Origin: an uncultured Lachnospiraceae bacterium
GTDB taxonomy: Bacteria > Bacillota > Clostridia > Lachnospirales > Lachnospiraceae
NCBI GenBank assembly: GCA_949102785.1
Contig: CARYKP010000009.1
Span: 9,513-73,512, forward strand
DNA length: 64,000 bases
Reading direction: 5' to 3'
In this document: positions 9,283 to 19,325 of the stretch, piece by piece
Layout: each line of letters starts with the position of its first letter
Position numbering within the stretch: the first letter of the stretch is position 1
The notes under the pieces: generated by a model
Told to the model about the DNA's origin: nothing
The model's input: the letters and a program-made list of their open reading frames with translations, nothing else
Databases searched by the model: none
Program-made: the position numbers and the translations under genes

Positions 9283-9996
9283 ATGAAATTATTGTCATTG
9301 GAACATCAGCTTTGCGAAAATTCATATCCCGGAAGAGGAATTGTGATCGGGAAGAGTGAAGATGGGAAATATGCCGTAACCGCATATTTTATTATGGGAA
9401 GGAGCACAAACAGCCGCAATCGTATTTTTGTGGAAGAAGGCGAGGGGATTCGAACAGAGGCGTTTGATCCGGCGCAATTGACCGATCCGAGCCTGATTAT
9501 CTACGCTCCGGTCCGCGTTTTGGGCAATAAGACGATTGTCACAAACGGAGATCAGACCGATACGATTTACGAAGGCATGGATCAGCAGCAGACATTTGAG
9601 CAGTCGCTGCGGATCCGGGAGTTTGAGCCGGATGCGCCGAATTATACGCCGCGTATTTCAGGGATTATGCATGTAGAAAACGGAAGCTATAATTATGCGA
9701 TGTCCATTTTAAAGAGCAATAACGGAAATCCGGATGCCTGCTGCCGTTACACGTTTGCCTATGAGAACCCGAGAAGCGGTGAGGGACATTATATCCACAC
9801 GTATATGGGAGACAAAACGCCTCTGCCGAGTTTTGAGGGAGAACCGGAATGGGTTGCGATGCAGGGGGATATCGACACATTCACGAAACGGGTCTGGGAA
9901 AGCCTGAATGAAGAGAACAAAGTATCTTTGTTTGTACGCTATATCGACATTGCAACGGGAAGCTATGAATCCAGAATTGTAAATAAAAACAAATAG
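9283..9996 (+). CDS. Stand-alone IMP cyclohydrolase (PurO-like family)
   Basis: YPGRGIVIG, YFIMGRS, TNGDQTD, FEPDAPNYTPRISG; GGAGG RBS before ATG 9283. Confidence 0.88.
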   Translation: MKLLSLEHQLCENSYPGRGIVIGKSEDGKYAVTAYFIMGRSTNSRNRIFVEEGEGIRTEAFDPAQLTDPSLIIYAPVRVLGNKTIVTNGDQTDTIYEGMDQQQTFEQSLRIREFEPDAPNYTPRISGIMHVENGSYNYAMSILKSNNGNPDACCRYTFAYENPRSGEGHYIHTYMGDKTPLPSFEGEPEWVAMQGDIDTFTKRVWESLNEENKVSLFVRYIDIATGSYESRIVNKNK

Positions 9997-10007
9997 GGGG
10001 ATGGAGA

Positions 10008-11186
10008 ATGAGAGAATTAGAATTAAAATACGGATGCAACCCAAACCAGAAACCGTCCCGTATTTATACGGAAGAAGGGGAACTGCCGATTCGGGTATTA
10101 AGCGGAAAACCGGGATATATTAATTTTTTGGATGCGTTCAACGGCTGGCAGCTGGTGAAAGAGCTGAAACATGCGACAGGACTCGCAGCGGCAGCTTCTT
10201 TTAAACATGTCTCTCCTGCCGGGGCGGCAGTAGGGCTTCCGTTATCGGAAGTAGAGAAGAAAATTTACTGGGTAGATGATCTTGACATAGAATTTACTCC
10301 CCTGGCAAATGCCTATGCGAGAGCGAGAGGGGCGGATCGGATGTCTTCGTTCGGTGATTTTATTTCGCTGTCGGATATTTGTGATGCGGCAACGGCACAG
10401 GTGATCAAGAGGGAAGTGTCGGACGGCGTGATTGCTCCGGGCTATGAACCGGAGGCGCTTGAAATTTTAAAGGCGAAAAAGAACGGGAATTATAATGTGA
10501 TTGAAATTGATCCCGCTTATGTGCCGGATCCGATGGAACGCAAGCAGGTGTTTGGGATTACGTTTGAACAGGGTAGGAATGAGTTAAAGATCGACGATGC
10601 ATTTTTTGAAAATATCGTAACGGAAAACAAGGAGCTGACAAAGCAGGCAAAGATCGATCTTGCGATTTCCATGATTACATTAAAGTACACGCAGTCCAAT
10701 TCCGTATGTTATGTGAAAGACGGACAGGCAATCGGCATCGGAGCGGGGCAGCAAAGCCGGATTCATTGTACGCGCCTTGCCGGACAGAAAGCAGATAACT
10801 GGTTTCTGCGTCAGTCGCCGAAGGTATTGGGGCTGCAGTTTGTAGACGGTATTCGTCGTGCAGACCGGGATAATGCCATCGATCTTTATATCGGGGAAGA
10901 CTATATGGATGTTCTTGCAGACGGTGCGTGGGAAGCCGTTTTTAAAGTAAAGCCGGAAGTGTTTACAAGAGAAGAAAAACGTGCATGGTTAGATCAGATG
11001 TCCGGCGTGACGCTCGGCTCGGATGCATTCTTCCCGTTCGGAGACAATATCGAACGTGCGCATAGGAGCGGCGTTTGTTATGTGGCGCAGCCGGGCGGTT
11101 CCATCCGCGACGATCATGTGATCGATACCTGCAATAAATATGGAATGGTAATGAGTTTTACAGGTATTCGGCTATTCCATCACTAA
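10008..11186 (+). CDS. purH: AICAR formyltransferase (PurH C-terminal domain only)
   Basis: LKYGCNPNQ, FKHVSPAG, KYTQSNS, SDAFFPF, QPGGS, RLFHH; no N-terminal IMPCH domain. Confidence 0.93.
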   Translation: MRELELKYGCNPNQKPSRIYTEEGELPIRVLSGKPGYINFLDAFNGWQLVKELKHATGLAAAASFKHVSPAGAAVGLPLSEVEKKIYWVDDLDIEFTPLANAYARARGADRMSSFGDFISLSDICDAATAQVIKREVSDGVIAPGYEPEALEILKAKKNGNYNVIEIDPAYVPDPMERKQVFGITFEQGRNELKIDDAFFENIVTENKELTKQAKIDLAISMITLKYTQSNSVCYVKDGQAIGIGAGQQSRIHCTRLAGQKADNWFLRQSPKVLGLQFVDGIRRADRDNAIDLYIGEDYMDVLADGAWEAVFKVKPEVFTREEKRAWLDQMSGVTLGSDAFFPFGDNIERAHRSGVCYVAQPGGSIRDDHVIDTCNKYGMVMSFTGIRLFHH

Positions 11187-11203
11187 AGAAGGGAGGAGAG
11201 TTT

Positions 11204-12706
11204 ATGTACGGAACATGGTGGTCTTTGGTTCCGCCGGTGGTTGCGATTTTATTGGCGCTGATCACAAAGGAAGTTTACAGCTCGCTGTTTGTCGGCGTGT
11301 TATTGGGCGCGCTTTTTACGGCAGGATTTGATCCGTGGGGGACATTTGATACACTCTTTACGACAATGACGGGCAACATGAACCTGAATATTATTATCTT
11401 TGATGTTCTGCTTGGCATGATTATTGTGCTGATGACGCAATCCGGGGGATCTGCAGCGTACGGCAGCTGGGCGAGTAAAAAGATCAAAAGCAAAAGATCT
11501 TCACTGTTTGCAACGATGGGGCTTGGCGTTTTGATTTTTGTGGACGATTATTTTAACTGCCTGACTGTCGGTTCCGTGATGCGTCCGGTTACGGATAAAT
11601 ATAAAGTCTCGAGAGCAAAACTGGCATATATTATCGATGCGACGGCAGCTCCGATCTGTATTATCGCTCCGATTTCAAGCTGGGCTGCCGCTGTAAATTC
11701 TTATGTGCCGGAAGATAGTTCCTTGACGGGATTTCAGTTGTTTCTGCGTACAATTCCATATAATCTCTATGCGCTTTTGACGATCGGAATGGTCTTTTTG
11801 GTCATTGCCTGGAATTTTGATTTCGGGCTGATGAAAAAACATGAAATTCATGCGGCAGACGGGGATTTGTTTACTTCCGGCGGGGAAGAGTTTGCGTCGA
11901 TGCAGGAAGACAAAAAGATCAATCCGAACGGAAAGGTGATCGATCTTGTGCTTCCGGTCGCCGTATTGATCGTATCGGCAGTTTTTGGCATGATATACAC
12001 CGGATATTTGGGCGGTGCGGGCAATGTGGTTGATGCGTTTGCAAACTGTGATGCGGAAATGAGCCTGATTTTTGCAACGACCGTAACGGTGATTTTTATG
12101 GCGCTTCTCTATCTTCCGAGAAAAGTCATTTCGTTTCATAACTTTATGCAGTCATTGGCAGAGGGAGCGAAATTGATGATGCCTGCGATTTTAATCCTGA
12201 CGTTTGCATGGACGTTGAAAGGAATGGGAGATAATCTTGGAATCGCAGAGTTTGTCCGCAGCGTAGTAGGTACAAGTATGACGGCGAGCGCGGTGATTCC
12301 GGCGGTTATGTTTGGGATTGCGCTGTTTTTGGGATTTTCCACCGGAACTTCTTGGGGAACGTTTGCAATTTTAGTTCCGATCGTGGTGAATATGTATGCG
12401 GGCCTGGACGATGAAATGATGATTATTGCCGTTTCTGCGGTTTTGGCGGGAGCCGTGTGCGGAGACCATGTATCACCGATTTCCGATACGACGATTATGT
12501 CGTCTGCCGGAGCACAGAGCAACCATATCAATCATGTGCAGACGCAGATGCAGTATGCCATGATTGTTGCAGTGATCTGCGCCGTCGGTTATGTGCTTGC
12601 CGGCATCAGCAAAAACTGGGTCGTTTCACTCGGCAGTTCTGCGGTAATCCTTTTTCTGGTATTATTTGCCATTTCTAAAAAAAGCCGCGGTGAGGCGGAC
12701 GTATGA
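11204..12706 (+). CDS. NhaC-family Na+/H+ antiporter or amino-acid transporter
   Basis: FVDDYFN, PISSW, GTSWGT, GDHVSPISDTTIMSS. Confidence 0.9.
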   Translation: MYGTWWSLVPPVVAILLALITKEVYSSLFVGVLLGALFTAGFDPWGTFDTLFTTMTGNMNLNIIIFDVLLGMIIVLMTQSGGSAAYGSWASKKIKSKRSSLFATMGLGVLIFVDDYFNCLTVGSVMRPVTDKYKVSRAKLAYIIDATAAPICIIAPISSWAAAVNSYVPEDSSLTGFQLFLRTIPYNLYALLTIGMVFLVIAWNFDFGLMKKHEIHAADGDLFTSGGEEFASMQEDKKINPNGKVIDLVLPVAVLIVSAVFGMIYTGYLGGAGNVVDAFANCDAEMSLIFATTVTVIFMALLYLPRKVISFHNFMQSLAEGAKLMMPAILILTFAWTLKGMGDNLGIAEFVRSVVGTSMTASAVIPAVMFGIALFLGFSTGTSWGTFAILVPIVVNMYAGLDDEMMIIAVSAVLAGAVCGDHVSPISDTTIMSSAGAQSNHINHVQTQMQYAMIVAVICAVGYVLAGISKNWVVSLGSSAVILFLVLFAISKKSRGEADV

Positions 12707-13347
12707 AAAAACTGATTTCTGTACCTTATATAGACCAGACAAAGGACTATCCGACGGGCTGCGAAAGTATTTCCGCAGTGATGCTGCTTGCATATCTCGG
12801 GATTTCTGTCTCCCCGGATGAATTTATAGAATATTATCTGGAACAGGAGCCGATGCAAAAAAAAGACGGAAAGCTCTATGGACCGCATCCGTGTACCAGA
12901 TTTGCGGGAAGCCCTTATGACAGAGAGTCGTTCGGCTGTTATGCGCCGGTGATTGTACGGGCGTTAAACCGGGTATTTGCAGACCGCCGGGTGCAATTGC
13001 GGGCAGATGATGTCACAGGCATGGAGATGGAGGATCTCTTAAAACGCTTTATCAACCGCGATATGCCGGTGATTTTCTGGGCAAGTATCGATTTAAAGGA
13101 AACGGTCCCCGGGCCGGATTGGCTGCTTTCTGACGGATCGTTGTTTACCTGGATTTCCAATGAGCATTGTATGCTATTGGTCGGATATGACGAGAAGTCG
13201 TATTATTTTAATGATCCATGGAAGAATCACGGCTGTATTGCATATGATAAAAAGTTGGTAGAAATGCGGCATGCAGAGCAGTACGCCATGGCGGTATCCG
13301 TTGCGGATGCAGAAGACGGTAGTTGTATACGACAGAAAAATGAATAG
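12703..13347 (+). CDS. C39-like cysteine peptidase (Peptidase_C39_2), no signal peptide
   Basis: Q..YPTGCE (Cys), EHCMLLVGYD (His), FNDP (Asp); ATGA overlap with the transporter stop. Confidence 0.85.
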   Translation: MKKLISVPYIDQTKDYPTGCESISAVMLLAYLGISVSPDEFIEYYLEQEPMQKKDGKLYGPHPCTRFAGSPYDRESFGCYAPVIVRALNRVFADRRVQLRADDVTGMEMEDLLKRFINRDMPVIFWASIDLKETVPGPDWLLSDGSLFTWISNEHCMLLVGYDEKSYYFNDPWKNHGCIAYDKKLVEMRHAEQYAMAVSVADAEDGSCIRQKNE

Positions 13348-13452
13348 AAGAATGTAAAAGCAAAGGAAACGTACGCAAAAATAAGTCGCAGCGTGTGATA
13401 GTGATTTTGCAGAAAGAAGGTTTGCGTGTACGTGAAAGAATGGAGGTTTTGA

Positions 13453-16400
13453 ATGAACGGCAGGAACACGAAACGTATTTGGGACAAGGGAATCAGTCTT
13501 GTACTGACATTTGGGTTAATCTGCTCGGGAATCGGACTAATACCCGCCGGGGAAGCCAAAGCGGCAGAACCGATTGCGATCGATTCTGCGGCAGATCTTG
13601 AGAAGATCGGAACCGATGCGAATTATCCGCTGGACGGGGACTACCGTCTGACGAGCGATATTGATATGACAGGCAGAAATTTTACGCCGATCGGAGGCGG
13701 AGAGGGCGCAAGGGGGTCTTCTTCCGGTGCAAATGTTTTTACCGGGACATTTGACGGAGAGTGCCATGTGATTTCCAATCTTACGATTCAAAAGAAAGAA
13801 AGCTCAGCCCAAGAATGGCAGTATGGATTATTCGGAATGATTGGAAGCGATAAAGCGGACGATAAAGCGTCTGTCCGAAATCTGATCTTAACGGATCTTA
13901 ATATTGAGGTCGATATGACTGCCGAGGTGGATAACGCATATCTTTCGCTGGGCGGCCTGGCAGGCGAGGTCAATAAAAATGCGGAGATTGACAATATCGC
14001 AATTGTTGGGGGAAAGATCCAGGGAAATCGGTCGAGTGCCGGAGACGTGGTAGGCGCCGGAGGGCTGATCGGTGAAATGCGTCCGAACGATACGTCGGGG
14101 ACAAACAGCGGTGTGGCCATCAGCAATATTTATATCGGGACAGATATTGTCTGCGGAAGTTCTACCGGATCCAACTATGCGGGAGGAATTATCGGAAGAG
14201 TTGCAAAACAGCCGCCTGTTTCGGTATCATCATGTGTATTTACCGGCGATGTAAGTTATAAAGGGGACGGCGGATTCGGAATCAGCGGCGGAGATATGAC
14301 GCAGAATTTCAGCAGCTGCTATTACCGTTCCGGGTTGTCCAATACGGGAACGGCAGTTTCTACGGAACAGCTTCAGGGATCTAAACTTCTGGCAGGGCTG
14401 GATGAAAGTAAGTGGACGGCAGCTGCCGGTAATTATATGATTTTGACACAGTGCGTCAATTCCGAGGATTTGAGGGAAACGCTGGCTCTGGAAGGATTGA
14501 AGTTAAGTCTTGCGTCCGGCGATACGTTTTCTTCGGTGACGCAGAATTTTACGGTTCCGACAAGCATTAGGATCGGAACAGAGACGGAGGCGCTTACCTG
14601 GACAAGTGATAACGAAACTGCGATCCGCATCAATGCCGCGGACGGAACGGCGACGGTGAACCCGCAGTTTGGGGCGGTCAGCGTGGCGCTGACGGCTGCT
14701 ACAAAATCAGGGAAAACAAAAACGTTTTCACTTACGGTAAAAGCAAACCTTACGCTGAAATTTGACCAGGGGTATGCAAAAGTCGGCGCAGCCGTAACGG
14801 CTTCTCTGACGGGAGCACCGGAGGGTACGTTATGTACGTATCATTGGAGCGTAGACGGAGTTTCCAGAGGAACGGCAGATGCCTTTACGCCTGTGCAAGA
14901 AGATTTGAATAAAATGCTGTCGGTAACGGCAAAGCTTACAGATGGCAGCGGAGCAGACCTTGGAGAATGCGGGCCGATTCAGATGTATATCAGTAAACTT
15001 CCGGTTGTCTATATCGATACGGACGACGGCAGCAGCATCGACAGCAAGACGGATTATGAGGGCGCTTCCATGCGTGTGCAGGGCAATGATACGTTCCAGC
15101 AGAGTGAACAGATCGATTTGTATGACGGCGCAATCGAGATCCGCGGCCGTGGAAACAGTACCTGGCATCAGTCGGTCAACAGCGGCGGGAAACGTCCCTA
15201 TAAGCTCAAACTGGGTAAAAAGAAAAATCTGCTTGGTTTTGGAGAGAGTAAGCACTGGGCTTTGCTTGCCAATTTTATGGATGAGTCTTTGCTTCGGAAC
15301 AAGACCTCTTACGATCTTGCGAAAGAGATGGGCATAGAGCCGAATTTGCCGTCTGCGCATGTGGAGCTTATTTTAAACGGTAAGTACGCCGGAAATTATC
15401 AGCTTGTGGGAAATGTCCGCGTGCAGGAAAGCCGCGTTAATATTTTTAACTGGGAAGATCTTGCGGAGGATGCGGCGGACGCGATTGCAGCGGCAGAAAA
15501 AGCAAACGGGCAGACCGTCAGTCAGGATGCGCTGGAAGAGCATATGAGTCAGAATATGTACTGGATTACGAGCGGAAGCGTATCGTTTCAGGGCAAAACC
15601 TATCAAATTTCCGATTATGCCATTCATCTACCGAAAAATTCATCCGGCGGCGTGGATGTATCCGGGGGTTTTCTTTTTGAACTGGACGGATATTATGATG
15701 AAGTGTCCAAATTCCGGACGACGTCCAATCAGCCGATCATGTTCAAGAGCCCGGAGTTTATCCGCCCGACTACAGGAGCTGGAGAAGGCGCTACGGAGTA
15801 TGTGGATAGCAGTAAACAAAAATGCGACGCATTGTATGATTATGCGCGGGAATATATTCAGGCGGTAGAAGATACGGTGCATGCACCGGATTATTATGTG
15901 GATATTGCAGAGACGCAGAGGAAAGAGAACGCTTCTAATTTTACAACGGATTTTAAAGGACGCCGGCATTATACGGATCTGGTGGATATGGATTCCCTGG
16001 TGAAATATCTTCTGTTAAATGAATTTTACTGGAATACGGAAACCATGAAGAAGAGTACGTTTATGTATAAGGATCTCGGCAAAAAACTTCAGATCGGACC
16101 GGTATGGGATATGGACTGGACGTCAAACAGTATTATCAGCCAGAGAGAGACCAGTGAGTATGACAGATGGATGGCAGTCACGTGTCAGGCGGGAAGTTTT
16201 CTGCAGGAACAGAAAGAGTCCTGGTACCGTTATCTGATCGGAGATCCCTATTTTGTAGAAAAGCTGTACGAATGCTATTGGGACTATCGGGAGAAATTTG
16301 AAGATATTGCAAAAGACGGCGGCATTATCGATCAGCAGAGAGAGTATCTGGCGGAATCGGGAGCATCTAATTATAATCTGAAAGGAAGCTTATCCGGAAG

Positions 16401-19317
16401 CTGTGCTTATGAAGAGCCGAGCTTTGATGCGGGCGTTGAACGCTTTCAGACATATCTGCAGAATCGCTTAAGATGGATGGATCAGCAGTTTGGATGGTCG
16501 GAAACAAAAGTACCGGATGCAGCGTCGTCAAAGGTTTCTGTGGACGGACTGCTTGATTCTTTCTTAAAATACCAGGATACCAAAGGAAAGATCTCTGTAG
16601 CAGTCGATACGGAAACTTCGGAGAAAGAGACAACCTATACGGCGTCTGTTACAGATACATCGATTGCCAAGATAGGATTTTATATTAACGGCATTTTGGC
16701 GGACACTGTGGACGTAACGGAAGGGAAGGCCGTGCTTACCTTAAATGACGGGACGGCGGGACTTGAGAAAAATATAGAGAAAAAGGCATATGTCAATAAC
16801 GTTGTACAGGTACGGGCAATGGATGCTTCCGGAAATTTAATCACAAATAAGGGGACGTATAACGGTACGTCCATTGACGTGTGCATCAGCGATTATACGT
16901 TGTTCCAAAAAACAATTCAGGCAGATGCATTGACAGGAACGGTAGACATTCAGGGACTTGCAAGGGTAGGATGCACAGTAAAAGCGGTTGTGTCTGATAC
17001 GAATAATACGGGTAAGCTGTCGTACCAGTGGAAAGCGGATGGCGTGCCGATTGAACGGGCAATACAGGAGAGCTATACGCTGACCAATGCGGAGGAAGGA
17101 AAAGTCATTACGGTAGAAGTGACGAGCAACTGGGAAACGGGATTGATGGTAAGCGCTGCAACGAAACCGGTGATTAAAGTGGTTGTCTTGAATGACCATT
17201 TGATCATCAATCAGGTATACGGCGGCGGCGCAAATGAAGATTCCGCGGTATCGCACAGCTTTATTGAGCTGTATAATCCGACCGATCAGGATATCAGCCT
17301 TGCAGGATATACCATTGCCTATTCTTCCCAGGGAAAGAACGGCGGGACAGCAGGCAGTGAAGAAGTCTTAACGCTCGATGCCAAAACAATTCCTGCCAAT
17401 CATTCGTATCTGATCCGCTGTGAGGCGCAGACGATCGTTACGCCGGACTATCAGTTTTATCTGACGATTGCGGACGACCGGTACGATCAGGCGTGGACGC
17501 AGACAATAGATAATAAGCGTTTCAAAATTCTTTTACGAGACGGAGAACAAAATCTGGCGGACGGTGTGTCGGTCAATGAAGGTTATATAGAACAGGAGGG
17601 AGAACAGCTTCCGGACGGGGCAATCAGCAAACAGAAGTCGATCCGCAGAGTGCGGTTTGCAGATACAAACAACAACCTGGTTGATTTTGCAACGGTAGAT
17701 TACAGAGAGACGGAAATAGAACAGATGAAGCCCAGATGTCTTGCAGACGGCGCATGGAGAGCAGAAGAGCCGGAGCCGGAACCGACGGAATTGAAAGGTA
17801 CGGTTTCCATCCGCGGCAATGCGGTTGCAGGCGCGCTGTTGTATGCAGATATTGTATTGGAGAAAACCAGTTATGCCGGTGAAATGATCTGCAGATGGAA
17901 AGCAGACGGCGTGGAAATAGAGGGCGCATCCGAAAGATTTCTCCCGACAGATGCGTCTTTGGAAGGGAAGAAGATTTCCGTAGAAGTGATAAGCGCCGAT
18001 GAGGCGATCGAAGGAAAGCTGACCGGGTCTATGGAATCGGCGATCCGTGTGGTAGAAGCGCAGCGCGGGCATCTGATCATTCATCAGGTCTATGGCGACG
18101 GAGGGAAAAAAGATGCGCCGATTTCCCATAGTTTTATTGAATTATATAATCCCACGGATACAGACGTCGACCTTAGCGGATACAGTATCCGGTATCAGTC
18201 GGAAGATGTTACGGAGGAATTGACGCTTACGGGAAGCATCCCGTCCAGACATTCGTATCTGATCCGCTGCGCAGCTTCTCTAAACGCTGCAAGCGCACCG
18301 GTTTCTATTGCAGAGCCGGATCTTTCCTGGGAGAATCTGACGATCAATAATAAAAAGTACCGCGTGCTTTTGCAGAAAGGCGAAACCCAGGCAGACGGCG
18401 TATCTGTCAATGAAGCTTCGGCAGAGGGTACGGCACTGACCGATGTATCCCAGGACGATACGATCATTTCAAAGAATAAGGCGATCCGCAGAATTTGTTT
18501 TGTAGATACCGATCAGAATGCCGACGATTTTGAAGTGCTGAATTACACGAATTTACATGAGTGGAATCTGACCGAACTTCTTGATTCCGTAAAACCGAGA
18601 AATACGGCATCAGGCGCCTGGGGACTGGAAAAAGAAGAAACACCGGGAGGCGATCAGATAGATCCTGAAATTCTTAAGAATGCCCAGACGGCAATTTCGG
18701 AAGCAAACCGGTACCAAGCCATAAAATCCGAATATACGAAAGAGTCTTACGATAAGCTTCTTTCCGCGTATACGGCTTTGCAGAAGGCGCTTTTGACAAA
18801 CAATGCGGAATCCATCAAACAAGCGACGGAAACTTTATATCAGGCAATCCGGAATCTGGTGAAAGCAGAACCGAAAAAAGTTTCTCTGGCAGGAACGAAA
18901 TTCTTATATAAAAAGAGCTGGTATCAGATTACGAAAGACACTGACGATGCATATACGGTTACTTATCTGAAACCGCAGAAGAAAACGCAGAAAAGTGTAA
19001 AAATTCCGGCATCCGTTTCCTATAACGGAGTATCCTATAAAGTGACGGAAATTGCAAAAAAAGCGTTTGCACAAAATAAGAACCTGCGCAGCGTAACGAT
19101 CGGCAAATATGTTGAGACGATCGGAGCTTCGGCGTTCCTTGGGGACGGAAAGTTAAAGACGATTAAAGTAGAGTCAAAAGTATTAAAGAAAGTCGGCAAA
19201 AAAGCGTTAAAAGGCGTTTCCGCTTCCTGTAAGATTAAAGTTCCGAAAAGTCAGCGTAAAGCCTATGCAAAGAAGTTTAAAAAGAAAGGACAAAAATCCA
19301 GCGTCAGGGTTGTGTGA
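13453..19317 (+). CDS. Large secreted multidomain protein: GLUG/beta-helix, Ig-like, CotH kinase, two Ig+lamin-tail-domain modules, helical bundle, Lys-rich LRR_5 C-terminus
   Basis: Signal peptide ending AKA; GGLAG/GGLIG motifs; IRGRGNSTW, KHWALLAN, PVWDMD (CotH); two SHSFIELYNPT (LTD). Confidence 0.85.
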   Translation: MNGRNTKRIWDKGISLVLTFGLICSGIGLIPAGEAKAAEPIAIDSAADLEKIGTDANYPLDGDYRLTSDIDMTGRNFTPIGGGEGARGSSSGANVFTGTFDGECHVISNLTIQKKESSAQEWQYGLFGMIGSDKADDKASVRNLILTDLNIEVDMTAEVDNAYLSLGGLAGEVNKNAEIDNIAIVGGKIQGNRSSAGDVVGAGGLIGEMRPNDTSGTNSGVAISNIYIGTDIVCGSSTGSNYAGGIIGRVAKQPPVSVSSCVFTGDVSYKGDGGFGISGGDMTQNFSSCYYRSGLSNTGTAVSTEQLQGSKLLAGLDESKWTAAAGNYMILTQCVNSEDLRETLALEGLKLSLASGDTFSSVTQNFTVPTSIRIGTETEALTWTSDNETAIRINAADGTATVNPQFGAVSVALTAATKSGKTKTFSLTVKANLTLKFDQGYAKVGAAVTASLTGAPEGTLCTYHWSVDGVSRGTADAFTPVQEDLNKMLSVTAKLTDGSGADLGECGPIQMYISKLPVVYIDTDDGSSIDSKTDYEGASMRVQGNDTFQQSEQIDLYDGAIEIRGRGNSTWHQSVNSGGKRPYKLKLGKKKNLLGFGESKHWALLANFMDESLLRNKTSYDLAKEMGIEPNLPSAHVELILNGKYAGNYQLVGNVRVQESRVNIFNWEDLAEDAADAIAAAEKANGQTVSQDALEEHMSQNMYWITSGSVSFQGKTYQISDYAIHLPKNSSGGVDVSGGFLFELDGYYDEVSKFRTTSNQPIMFKSPEFIRPTTGAGEGATEYVDSSKQKCDALYDYAREYIQAVEDTVHAPDYYVDIAETQRKENASNFTTDFKGRRHYTDLVDMDSLVKYLLLNEFYWNTETMKKSTFMYKDLGKKLQIGPVWDMDWTSNSIISQRETSEYDRWMAVTCQAGSFLQEQKESWYRYLIGDPYFVEKLYECYWDYREKFEDIAKDGGIIDQQREYLAESGASNYNLKGSLSGSCAYEEPSFDAGVERFQTYLQNRLRWMDQQFGWSETKVPDAASSKVSVDGLLDSFLKYQDTKGKISVAVDTETSEKETTYTASVTDTSIAKIGFYINGILADTVDVTEGKAVLTLNDGTAGLEKNIEKKAYVNNVVQVRAMDASGNLITNKGTYNGTSIDVCISDYTLFQKTIQADALTGTVDIQGLARVGCTVKAVVSDTNNTGKLSYQWKADGVPIERAIQESYTLTNAEEGKVITVEVTSNWETGLMVSAATKPVIKVVVLNDHLIINQVYGGGANEDSAVSHSFIELYNPTDQDISLAGYTIAYSSQGKNGGTAGSEEVLTLDAKTIPANHSYLIRCEAQTIVTPDYQFYLTIADDRYDQAWTQTIDNKRFKILLRDGEQNLADGVSVNEGYIEQEGEQLPDGAISKQKSIRRVRFADTNNNLVDFATVDYRETEIEQMKPRCLADGAWRAEEPEPEPTELKGTVSIRGNAVAGALLYADIVLEKTSYAGEMICRWKADGVEIEGASERFLPTDASLEGKKISVEVISADEAIEGKLTGSMESAIRVVEAQRGHLIIHQVYGDGGKKDAPISHSFIELYNPTDTDVDLSGYSIRYQSEDVTEELTLTGSIPSRHSYLIRCAASLNAASAPVSIAEPDLSWENLTINNKKYRVLLQKGETQADGVSVNEASAEGTALTDVSQDDTIISKNKAIRRICFVDTDQNADDFEVLNYTNLHEWNLTELLDSVKPRNTASGAWGLEKEETPGGDQIDPEILKNAQTAISEANRYQAIKSEYTKESYDKLLSAYTALQKALLTNNAESIKQATETLYQAIRNLVKAEPKKVSLAGTKFLYKKSWYQITKDTDDAYTVTYLKPQKKTQKSVKIPASVSYNGVSYKVTEIAKKAFAQNKNLRSVTIGKYVETIGASAFLGDGKLKTIKVESKVLKKVGKKALKGVSASCKIKVPKSQRKAYAKKFKKKGQKSSVRVV

Positions 19318-19325
19318 GATAAGAG

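Noticed and set aside
9084..9359. 91-aa ORF and the 9130 upstream start of the cyclohydrolase
   Set aside because: Both run through the riboswitch, terminator or repeats; the strong RBS supports ATG 9283
13369..13433. Imperfect inverted repeat ACGTACGCAAA / TTTGCGTGTACGT before the CotH gene
   Set aside because: Bulged, long loop and no U-tract; cannot be distinguished from chance
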